Positions 20,075 to 28,106 of a stretch of 64,000 nucleotides of DNA are shown piece after piece. The translations under genes were made by a program, and so were the position numbers. This DNA is from Nitrospirota bacterium (lineage in GTDB: Bacteria > Nitrospirota > UBA9217). Each line of letters begins with the position of its first letter. The stretch's first letter is position 1. The stretch spans positions 864,001-928,000 of the forward strand of contig CAWBNQ010000001.1 in assembly GCA_963790205.1 (NCBI GenBank), in the 5' to 3' direction. Below the pieces are notes generated by a model. It worked only from the letters and a program-made list of their open reading frames with translations, was not told the origin of the DNA and made no database searches.

Positions 20075-21160
20075 ATGGTTTCTACAATAGGGTTTATCAT
20101 ATCCGGCCTGCTCATCGGGCTGGCGTTCGGTTATGTTTTGCAGCGCGGTCGGTTCTGCGTGAACTCCGCGTTCCGGGAGGTGCTTTTTCAGGACTACACG
20201 ATGCTTCGTGCGTATCTTCTTGCCGTGGCAATAACGATGATCGGCGCCAATCTGATCGAGGACATGGGCTGGCTCCAGCATGTCAGTGAGACCGGGGTCA
20301 TGGTGACGGGAACGCTCTACCGCCAGGGCTTTGCGCCCTATGCGAACATCATCGGAGGATTCATCTTCGGCATGGGCATCGTGCTTGCCGGCGGCTGCGG
20401 GAGCGGCATCCTCTACCGCGTCGGAGAAGGGAACCTTGCCTATGTATTGGCAGTCTGCGGGTTCTTCTTCGGCATCGCCATAATGAGGTTTGGCTTTCTC
20501 AAACCTGTCTTTGACGCCCTGACGTCCTATCAGGTGTTCGTCGGCGGGGACCAGGTCCCGACGCTCTACAACGTCACCGGCATCAACAAGTGGATCATCA
20601 TCGCAGTGGTCGCGGCGCCGATCTTCTATTTTGTGTTCCAGGGAAAACCGTTCCAGAAGGCCAAGAAGGGCTACTCGTGGTCGCTCGCCGGACTCCTGGT
20701 GGGCATCATCGCCGTGGCCGCGTTCTGGGCCTCGGACCATTTTACCGGAAGGGCGCGCGGGCTCTCGTTCACCGGACCGGTCCGCGAATTCTTCCTCGCT
20801 GTGTTATTCGGGAACTCCCAGGTCCCGGCTCCCGAGGCTCATACGTTCCTGGGCATCACGATGTCCTGGAGCGCGCTCTACGTGCTGACAGTGCCGATCG
20901 GCGCGTTTCTGAGCGGCAAGCTCTTGAACGAGGTCAAGCTCAAGGTCCCGCCGGCCGATGAACTTTTCAAGGTGCTCCTGGGCGGGTTCCTGATGGGGCT
21001 TGGTGCACAGCTGGGCGGAGGCTGCAACATCGGCCACAGCCTCACCGGCGTATCTACCCTCGCTGTCTCGAGCTGGGTGGCCAACATCTTTATTATCCTG
21101 GGTAATTGGATGATGGTGTATTTCCTGCTCATCAGGCCGATGAGAGATTTGGACGTATAA
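20075..21160 (+). CDS. YeeE/YedE-family sulfur-compound transporter
   Basis: FGYVLQRGRFC, GMGIVLAGGCGSG, GAQLGGGCNIGH conserved Cys motifs; about 9 TM helices. Confidence 0.95.
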   Translation: MVSTIGFIISGLLIGLAFGYVLQRGRFCVNSAFREVLFQDYTMLRAYLLAVAITMIGANLIEDMGWLQHVSETGVMVTGTLYRQGFAPYANIIGGFIFGMGIVLAGGCGSGILYRVGEGNLAYVLAVCGFFFGIAIMRFGFLKPVFDALTSYQVFVGGDQVPTLYNVTGINKWIIIAVVAAPIFYFVFQGKPFQKAKKGYSWSLAGLLVGIIAVAAFWASDHFTGRARGLSFTGPVREFFLAVLFGNSQVPAPEAHTFLGITMSWSALYVLTVPIGAFLSGKLLNEVKLKVPPADELFKVLLGGFLMGLGAQLGGGCNIGHSLTGVSTLAVSSWVANIFIILGNWMMVYFLLIRPMRDLDV

Positions 21161-21174
21161 GCAAGACGTGCAGG

Positions 21175-21204
21175 CCGGGCAGGCCTACCTGCCCGGTTTT
21201 TTTT
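21175..21204 (+). terminator. Intrinsic terminator after yedE
   Basis: CCGGGCAGG-ccta-CCTGCCCGG followed by T8. Confidence 0.75.
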
Positions 21205-21329
21205 GACTCAAAAATAAATAAAACACTTGTTATAATGTTAAAAAAATGATAAGCTTCGGGCACCTGATCTCGTCAGGACAATAATAAGAATAAGTCGCTA
21301 ATATTATTATTTATAAGGAGGTGATTTTC

Positions 21330-21635
21330 ATGGCAACTGAGATGCTGGGTATCATGGTAACGAAGTACGAGAACCTGGACCATATCGCGGGCGTTGTGAA
21401 AGCGGCGCGGGCGGCGGGTAAGTCGGTGACGCTTTTCATGACCGACGCGGGCGTTCGCTTCACCACAGACCCGAAGTTTCTCGAACTGATGAAGGTAGGC
21501 GGCGTGGAGTTCTCCTGCTGCGACCACAGTTGCGAGCGGGTCGGGCTGCACGACAAGACCGAAGGCATATCATACGGCAGCCAGTACAACAACGCGGGCA
21601 TGCTGCACGACAGCGCGAAAGTGCTGGTGTTCTAA
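21330..21635 (+). CDS. DsrE-like sulfurtransferase
   Basis: VTLFMTDAGV, SCCDHSCERVG, GSQYNNAGML...KVLVF; RBS AAGGAGGT. Confidence 0.85.
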   Translation: MATEMLGIMVTKYENLDHIAGVVKAARAAGKSVTLFMTDAGVRFTTDPKFLELMKVGGVEFSCCDHSCERVGLHDKTEGISYGSQYNNAGMLHDSAKVLVF

Positions 21636-21660
21636 CAATCCAAAAGACAGGAGTATACCG

Positions 21661-21939
21661 ATGGGTGATACCAAAAAAATAGCAGTCATTGTCAGGGACC
21701 GGCCGGGAGAAGCGCTCCGCGTTGCGGGGGGGCTCACGCTGGCCGACGACACGATCGAAGTCTTTGTTCTCGACGGTAAACTCGACAAGAACGATCCCGA
21801 TGTCGCGACCCCGCTTGAACTGGTCGCCGAGCTCGACTTGAAAATATATTCCAATAACCCCGAAAACGGCTACGCCACGATGACCCTGGAGGAGATGTCG
21901 AAGAAACTCCTGGAGTATGATGTCGTGGTGCCGTACTAG
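21661..21939 (+). CDS. Small DsrF-like conserved hypothetical protein (CHP1)
   Basis: KKIAVIVRDRPGEALRVAGGL...EEMSKKLLEYDVVVPY has the DsrE/F-fold pattern; RBS AGGAG. Confidence 0.75.
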   Translation: MGDTKKIAVIVRDRPGEALRVAGGLTLADDTIEVFVLDGKLDKNDPDVATPLELVAELDLKIYSNNPENGYATMTLEEMSKKLLEYDVVVPY

Positions 21940-21960
21940 GAGAGAGACGGAGGCCATCTC

Positions 21961-22131
21961 ATGAAGATATTGCACATTTTGAAAAAAGCGCCGGACGCGA
22001 GCACCAGAAAGATCATTGAAGTCCATGCGGCGGGCAATCAGGTGAAAACCGTCGAGCTTTACAAGGGCGGGGTATCCTATGACAAACTCGTGGCCGATGT
22101 ATTTGCTCATGACAAGGTTTTTTGCTGGTAG
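21961..22131 (+). CDS. Small DsrH/TusB-like conserved hypothetical protein (CHP2), 56 aa, absent from the ORF track
   Basis: MKILHILKKAPDASTRKIIEVHAAGNQVKTVELYKGGVSYDKLVADVFAHDKVFCW*; RBS GGAGG; C-terminal Y..LV..VF..D.V..W is DsrH-like. Confidence 0.8.
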   Translation: MKILHILKKAPDASTRKIIEVHAAGNQVKTVELYKGGVSYDKLVADVFAHDKVFCW

Positions 22132-22223
22132 CGCGCTAAGAATTCCAAACCCGGCGTCGGGATTGCTGAACGCTGTATAGACAGGGGCCTCCCTGGCACC
22201 GGCAATAACATGCTGTTTTGCTC

Positions 22224-22256
22224 AAAAAACCGGTCCTGTTGAAGGACCGGTTTTTT
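22224..22256. terminator. Bidirectional intrinsic terminator between the convergent sulfur operons
   Basis: AAAAAACCGGTCCT-gttga-AGGACCGGTTTTTT. Confidence 0.85.
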
Positions 22257-22287
22257 CGTGTTCCCTGTATGGTTATGGTACGCGGGC

Positions 22288-22761
22288 TTAAATGAAAAGA
22301 TTGATCTGAGAATCAGCCGCCACATCCAGCCACGTGGCCGCGCCGCCGAACTCAACGCCGTCGATGATGTTTTCCTGCTTGACGCCCATCACGTCCATGG
22401 TCATCTGACAGGCGATGAGCTTCACGCCGCTTTCCTTGGCAAGCTCAAGCAGCTGGCCGATCGTCGCAACGCCGTGCTTTTTGAACATGGACTTCATCAT
22501 GGCACCGGCAAAAGCCTGCATGCCCGGCAACGCTGCAACGAGCGCTGGAACAGGCACCGGCATGGGCATGGCGGGATTTCCCAGGGGGGAGATTTTAAGA
22601 CTGTCCGCGTTCCCTTTTTTAATCAGCTCAAGCCCGTAGAATGTAAAAAATATGGTCACGTCAAAGTCCATGGCTGCGGCCGTGGTGGCAAGGATCAGAG
22701 GAGGATAAGCCATGTCCAAGGCGCCCTTGGACGCGATAATCGTCATTTTTTTCTGTGCCAT
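22288..22761 (-). CDS. DsrE2-type (DsrE/DsrF/DrsH-like) sulfurtransferase
   Basis: SKGALDMAYPPLILATTAAAM, FFTFYGL, PLGNPAMPMP, GVKLIACQMTMDVMG, GGAATWL. Confidence 0.93.
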   Translation of the reverse strand: MAQKKMTIIASKGALDMAYPPLILATTAAAMDFDVTIFFTFYGLELIKKGNADSLKISPLGNPAMPMPVPVPALVAALPGMQAFAGAMMKSMFKKHGVATIGQLLELAKESGVKLIACQMTMDVMGVKQENIIDGVEFGGAATWLDVAADSQINLFI

Positions 22762-22776
22762 TGCGGATGATCTCCT

Positions 22777-23019
22777 TTATGCGGTCTTTTTAATGTAAAA
22801 CGTGAACGTTCCCGAGCTTTCCTCCACACTCAAAATCTCATTCCCCGTTCTCTTTGCCCAGGACGCCATATCGTTCTTTGACCCCGGGTCCGTTGTTAAG
22901 ACTTTTAAAACCTGGTCCTTTGCAAGCGCTTCCACGGCCTTCTTGGTTTTCAAAATCGGCAGCGGGCAGCTTAATCCCTTTGCATCGAGCACTTGATCGA
23001 CTTTCATATCTGCTGACAT
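22777..23019 (-). CDS. tusA: TusA-family sulfur carrier, canonical CPxP type
   Basis: LDAKGLSCPLPILKTKKA, VLTTDPGSKND; RBS GGAGGT before ATG 23019. Confidence 0.93.
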   Translation of the reverse strand: MSADMKVDQVLDAKGLSCPLPILKTKKAVEALAKDQVLKVLTTDPGSKNDMASWAKRTGNEILSVEESSGTFTFYIKKTA

Positions 23020-23042
23020 ATCAGTCACCTCCTTCGCAATAA

Positions 23043-23954
23043 CTATTTCTTTCCCCCTGCGGCCTGCGTCAGGGCTTTACGGATCGCTTCGGGGCTCTTC
23101 ATGATGTCCATGAAGCTGTGGCTTCCCATCATGGAAAGGTCCGGGAAACTGATGGCGATGCGGAACCGGGCATACAGCGCGTAGACCTTGTTGCCCGAAA
23201 CCAGCATCTCATAGGGCAGGTGCGCAGTAGACCGGATGTCCTTGAAATCGATCACGCTCATGATGAACTTGTCGTCCATATACTTGTCAGCTTCGGTTGC
23301 GCCCTTCAGGGCCACCCCGAACACCGCCTCTTTCTTCCCGGGAACATCGATCCGGTACACCTTTGTCACGCCGCCCCGCCCCGCGGCAAGGCCTGCTTCA
23401 ACGGCGGCAGCAGCTTCTTCGAAACTGCCGTATTCGGCCAGCACACTGGGCTCATTAAAATATTCCATTCCGAACATGTAGTGATAGGACCGAAGTTTTT
23501 TGGCCGTCAGACCCTTTGCGCCGAATTCCTCTTTTTTGCCGAGGGCCGCGGCAAGCTTTGCGGCAACGCCGGTCAGGTCGCCCTGCATGCGGTAAGCATT
23601 GGCCATGTAGACGGGGTTCGTGTACGCTACCTGCACTTCATTCTTCACCCGGGTAACCGAAACGCGGACTGCCGCCCCGAACCCGCCGAATTCGGATTTC
23701 TCCGCATTGCTCTTCAGTTCGTTATTCGTTGTAACGATGACAACGGCATCGGGATACGGCGTGTACTCCCCGGCTATGGTGAACCCCTGTTCCGTGAGGG
23801 CGGACTCGACGGCAGTTGCCTTTTCCGCCACCGTACCGGGGCCGAGGGACCCGAGAACAAACGGCTTCAGGAGCGCTTCATCAGCACCGGCGGAGCTCAA
23901 TAAGAAGATCACAAGCAACGATGCCAACGTCAGTCTTTTCAATACCGTCTTCAT
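23043..23954 (-). CDS. Exported (periplasmic) hypothetical protein
   Basis: Sec signal peptide ending SAGA-D; conserved-looking YHYMFGMEYF, AHLPYEMLV and RFRIAISFPDLSMMG motifs; located in the fadL-tusA-dsrE2 operon. Confidence 0.8.
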   Translation of the reverse strand: MKTVLKRLTLASLLVIFLLSSAGADEALLKPFVLGSLGPGTVAEKATAVESALTEQGFTIAGEYTPYPDAVVIVTTNNELKSNAEKSEFGGFGAAVRVSVTRVKNEVQVAYTNPVYMANAYRMQGDLTGVAAKLAAALGKKEEFGAKGLTAKKLRSYHYMFGMEYFNEPSVLAEYGSFEEAAAAVEAGLAAGRGGVTKVYRIDVPGKKEAVFGVALKGATEADKYMDDKFIMSVIDFKDIRSTAHLPYEMLVSGNKVYALYARFRIAISFPDLSMMGSHSFMDIMKSPEAIRKALTQAAGGKK

Positions 23955-24042
23955 GTTGCCTCCCTTGCGAAAAATTAAGGGCTATAGTTTCCCATAGCCC
24001 TTAATCTCATTATCATCAGCTGTTTCGGTTTATCGTTCTCAC

Positions 24043-25380
24043 TTAGAACCGGTAACTGTACATCACCTGGGCATTGGTCTGGTAGTGTGATACCGTGATC
24101 CCATCAGGGGTTGTGTCATGGACTTTCGGCGCATAGGTGAACGAAGCGTCAACGCTCGACGCCTTGGTCAGCATATATCCCGCGCCGACCATATAGTGGT
24201 TCTTAATGGTAGCCGGGAAGAGCGCATTCAGATACGTATCAGGGATCGGGTTGCGGGAGAGGTTCGCGCCCGCGCGCACGGTGAAGGGCTCGGTCACCTT
24301 GTAGCCTAAGCCGAACTCATACACGGTCTGGTTCTTCCAGTTCTGCGGCAGAGCAAAGTTGATTGCCGTGGGAGCTCCGAATACTCCGCCCTCGTATTCC
24401 ATCTTGAAGCTTTTCATGACGTCCTTCCATTCAATGAACTTGATGTCCGCGACGATCATGAGGTCCTTGGTGGCATTCCATGCCGCGCCGGCCCCATAGG
24501 TCGCGGGCCACTGAAAGTCCCGCACGATGATCGTGCCGTTTCCAACGAGGCCAGCGCCTGCTGCGCTCAAGTTAGCGCCGTTGCCCTTGGTCGTCAGATC
24601 GCTCAAGTCGGTCTTTGTATGGTACGTGGCGCCCACGGTCAAGTCAGGGGTGATCTTGTAGGTAGCCCCGATCTTCGCGGCCACGCCATCGCCCGTGGCC
24701 GCGCCGTTGAAATTGCCGCCGCCCGTAAAGTCGATACGCGCCCAAGGTGCGCCGGCCAAGGCGGGAAGAGCAGCGCATCCGGCGCCACCGCAACCGGTTA
24801 CCATGCTCCCCAGTTGTTTGCCCGAGGCGGCCATCTCGAGATCAAGGGACGCCCAAACATAATCGATGCTGCCGCCGATGGTAAGGTTCGGCGTTGCGTT
24901 ATAAGCGATCGGGAAAATGACCCGCCCGACACCGAGCTCCGAACGCACTTCCTGGCCCGAGCCCATTGCCATGAATGAATTCGCGTCATAATCCGTGCCC
25001 ATGCCGCCCTGGGAAAACATGCCAACGCCATAGGTGACGTCCCCGGTCTTTTTCGCCAATCCGAATGCCGGCATGAAAAAAGCGTCTGCCGACGATTTGG
25101 CGTCTGGCGCTCCGGGCATGCTGGACGTGATGTGGGGTCCCAGGTATCCGAAATCCACGTCGAGCCGGTCGCCCTCGGGCATCAGGCCGAGCGTCGCGGG
25201 GTTATTCATCATCGCCGCTGTGCCGTTGTCATAGGCGAAGGACGCGCCGCCCATACCCGTCGCGACCGGACCGTACCCCTCGAGGTTCATACCGTTCGTC
25301 GCATGGACGGTTGAAGCAAAAAACAGAGACACAACTGCGAGAACCACCGGGTAAAACACTGCTAAATTCTTTTTTTTCAT
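24043..25380 (-). CDS. OmpP1/FadL/TodX-family outer-membrane transporter
   Basis: Signal peptide, ATNGMNLEGYGPVATGMGGA, NNPATL hatch motif, QGGMGTDY, C-terminal YSYRF. Confidence 0.92.
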   Translation of the reverse strand: MKKKNLAVFYPVVLAVVSLFFASTVHATNGMNLEGYGPVATGMGGASFAYDNGTAAMMNNPATLGLMPEGDRLDVDFGYLGPHITSSMPGAPDAKSSADAFFMPAFGLAKKTGDVTYGVGMFSQGGMGTDYDANSFMAMGSGQEVRSELGVGRVIFPIAYNATPNLTIGGSIDYVWASLDLEMAASGKQLGSMVTGCGGAGCAALPALAGAPWARIDFTGGGNFNGAATGDGVAAKIGATYKITPDLTVGATYHTKTDLSDLTTKGNGANLSAAGAGLVGNGTIIVRDFQWPATYGAGAAWNATKDLMIVADIKFIEWKDVMKSFKMEYEGGVFGAPTAINFALPQNWKNQTVYEFGLGYKVTEPFTVRAGANLSRNPIPDTYLNALFPATIKNHYMVGAGYMLTKASSVDASFTYAPKVHDTTPDGITVSHYQTNAQVMYSYRF

Positions 25381-25618
25381 ATCACCCTCCCCCCCTTATT
25401 TAGGAAACGTTCTCTTTGACAAGTTTCACAAAATACGGCCCTTGAGGACCGTCTCGTAGAGGTTTGTTAAGGAACTCCTCAGTCTGTTCCTGTTAACGAA
25501 GAGTCCCCCTCGGCACGGAATACTACTAATTCATAGGGTACGCGATTAATAAATATGATGTCATTAAACGACGCAATTATTTCCAAGTTACACGGTTAAC
25601 AAGTTATGAAGGTACGCA

Positions 25619-25647
25619 ATTATGTATTAAAGCTATTTTTTTGTCAA
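25619..25647 (-). promoter_or_regulatory. Sigma-70 promoter of the fadL-like operon
   Basis: Minus strand TTGACA-N17-CATAAT. Confidence 0.7.
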
Positions 25648-25902
25648 GGCCTTATTTTCACGCTAAAATTGTAATTTTACGTGTTGAGAGACACGCTGCA
25701 GGCCCGCTTGGTAACTTTCAGCATTTTGCCCGCCAACACGCGAAAATTCAGTTTATGCGACAACGTGCTTTGTAAGAACGCATTTGTCAGCAACTCGTAA
25801 AGGCTTTCGCGTTTCCTGGCCTTGACCAGAGAGATCGTGTTCAAGAAGATCGGAGAAAGCGCAGAATCTGCGGAGCGGGAAAGGCGGGCAGCTGCAATCT
25901 AA

Positions 25903-25940
25903 ACCCGGAGGAGCGGGGACTATCCCGGCTCCTCCGGGCC
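25903..25940. terminator. Strong hairpin downstream of the C-GCAxxG-C-C gene
   Basis: CCCGGAGGAGC-ggggactatcccg-GCTCCTCCGGG inverted repeat. Confidence 0.55.
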
Positions 25941-25953
25941 ATCGCAAGAGCCG

Positions 25954-26766
25954 TTATTTTTTCGCGGTGGGAGGAGACGGCACGTTCGAGCCGTGGCATT
26001 CCGTGCAATTCTGCTGTGCCGTGATCCCGACGCTTCCGGCGGGAGCCCAGTCGGCTTTTGAAACATACTTGCCGTCCTTCCAAACATTCAAATCCTGAAC
26101 GAGCTTATAGGCAACACTTGCCGCGACCCGCGCACACCGGTCCTTCCGTTCCGGACTGGCAAGGGCATAGCCGGATGCTTTCATCCATTTACCGACCGAT
26201 ACATGGCAGAGAGGCGACTGGCTTGTCGTCTGTATGATCTTTGTTTTTTGTTTCGGCTCCTGGGGAGTATATACCGGAAGCGGTGTTCCCGAATACCACT
26301 GCAGCATTTCCGATCCGATCAAGGCCCCATTTTCGCACTCCGGTCCCGCGATACGGGGGCCGATGATCATATTGCTGACAATATTGGCGCCCGCATTGGA
26401 GCCGCATACCGTTCCCCATCCTACCATGCCGCCTTCCAGAAAAACGAAAGCGTCTCCCGGGAATGACTTATAGGGCTCGCCCACTTTTTCACGGAGCTGG
26501 CTGAACACGCTGTTGATGACTGCGGCTCCGCAGAACACGCGGTACCATTCATTGTAAGCGATGTCGCTGGTCTTCTGCGGGTCCAGTTTCACGTACGGCC
26601 ACGGCCACTTCTCCGTCGGCCCGCCCAGGGCCTCCGCCCTTGGCACCAGCCCAGGCGCTACTGACGCGAGCGCGGCGAGCCCCGCTGCCCCGAGCGCGCA
26701 TTTCCCCGCGCCGATAAGAAGACCTCTCCTGGTCAACTCCGAATCAACTTTCTTCTCGCATTTCAT
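25954..26766 (-). CDS. Tat-exported C-GCAxxG-C-C family redox protein (split-Soret cytochrome c-like) with a C-terminal CxxCH
   Basis: TRRGLL Tat motif; FCGAAV, GWGTVCG, SPLCHVSV, RKDRCA and terminal CTECHG; RBS GGAGGT before ATG 26766. Confidence 0.85.
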   Translation of the reverse strand: MKCEKKVDSELTRRGLLIGAGKCALGAAGLAALASVAPGLVPRAEALGGPTEKWPWPYVKLDPQKTSDIAYNEWYRVFCGAAVINSVFSQLREKVGEPYKSFPGDAFVFLEGGMVGWGTVCGSNAGANIVSNMIIGPRIAGPECENGALIGSEMLQWYSGTPLPVYTPQEPKQKTKIIQTTSQSPLCHVSVGKWMKASGYALASPERKDRCARVAASVAYKLVQDLNVWKDGKYVSKADWAPAGSVGITAQQNCTECHGSNVPSPPTAKK

Positions 26767-27158
26767 TTCGCGCACCTCCTCTAGGGTTTTTATTACTGTC
26801 CTGGAAAACCTGGACGCTGCAAAGAACCACGTGAAGACACGAGAGCTCTCTTGATACCCGCGACCTGAATTGATCATTGCTCCCTATTGACTATAGCAGA
26901 TATTTTTGAGACAAAACGATACTTTTTGCACCGTCCGTGTCACGTTATCTAAAGAGCAATACAGCGATAAAAGCGCTTCAAACGGGCATAAGGCGTATAT
27001 TTTTGTCCCTCACTGATCCCTAAGAAAATCAGGAGATAAAAAAATAGGAGCAAAGGCCGCAACCCCCGTCATAAACTCTCATTATGGCGCAATGAGAGAT
27101 TTTAATAGGAACGGCGGCAGCGCGAGGACGGCCTGTCAAATAATTTTTTAACATCTGA

Positions 27159-27198
27159 AAAACGAGTATTGACACGCGAGATAGATTTTGCTAAGGTA
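27159..27198 (+). promoter_or_regulatory. Promoter of the third tusA, twin of 19516-19555
   Basis: AAAACGaGTaTTGACA-N17-TAAGGT. Confidence 0.7.
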
Positions 27199-27430
27199 TT
27201 ACCGCTATTGTTCGGAAGTCTATATACCCGTACCTGAGGAAGAATTGAGAAAGAACAGCCGTCGGGCGATAGGTTGTTGCGGCCGCGGCATGGACTCTCT
27301 TCCCGGCGTCCTTCTGCATTAAGGGAGTCGTGAAAGCGCCACACTATAATAATATATGGATCCTGTAACGGCAAACGGGTAAATTAGACGGCCCGAATTT
27401 GATATTCATTATAAGTGAGGAGGAACTATC

Positions 27431-27679
27431 ATGGCATTGAAAGATGAAGCACCGAAAGAAACGCTGGATACTCTTGGAAGGGTCTGCCCTTATCCGCTCC
27501 TGTTGACCAAAAAGGCCCTGGAAAAACTCGGAAGCGGCCAAATGCTCAAGGTGCTCTGCGATGCCCCTGCGTCCGCAGAGGACAGCATCCCGCGGTACTG
27601 CGAGAAGAACAAATTTGCCTTCGAGTCCGTGAAGGTCGAAGACAAGGGTATGTGGGAGCTCTTTATCAAGAAAGCGTAG
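27431..27679 (+). CDS. tusA: TusA/YedF-family sulfur carrier, paralog of 19742-19990
   Basis: LDTLGRVCPYPLLLTKKALEKLGSGQ identical to copy 1; RBS GAGGAGG. Confidence 0.92.
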   Translation: MALKDEAPKETLDTLGRVCPYPLLLTKKALEKLGSGQMLKVLCDAPASAEDSIPRYCEKNKFAFESVKVEDKGMWELFIKKA

Positions 27680-28106
27680 GCGCCACATCGAGGATCGCCG
27701 ACTACGGCTTCCCCTGGTTCGCGTAACGTGCATACCGTTGGTCCTAGAAACGCAACCTGACCTTACGATAGCCAGGCAGATCAATTCTGCCCGGCTATCG
27801 TATCTGTGCGGCCCGCTGGGACGCTTCCCGTTCTTCAAGCAGCAGGCAGCCGACAGCTTGGGTGCGCCTGTTCATTCCCCACCCTTGTGTTTTCTCCTTC
27901 CGTTACTGTATCATATGCCGCAGCGCTTCCGTTTTACGTTGATAAATCCTTCCTCAAGTTTCTGATTTTCAGCACATTGCAGTTCTGGCAAGGGTATTGC
28001 TAATAAACAGGCGTACTCAGCGTGCCTGTCATTGGCGGGCCGCGGAGGTCTGAATGCCGGACCCCGCGCCTATAGGAACTTTCATTTGCTGCAGGGAGCT
28101 TCAATT

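Noticed and set aside
27200..27430. Leader of the third tusA as a known riboswitch (Moco or c-di-GMP)
   Set aside because: Only a GGCAAAC word matches; no full consensus and no similarity to the leader of the twin tusA
19742..27679. Selenocysteine read-through in the TusA/YedE/DsrE genes
   Set aside because: No in-frame TGA at catalytic positions; these genes end in TAA or TAG
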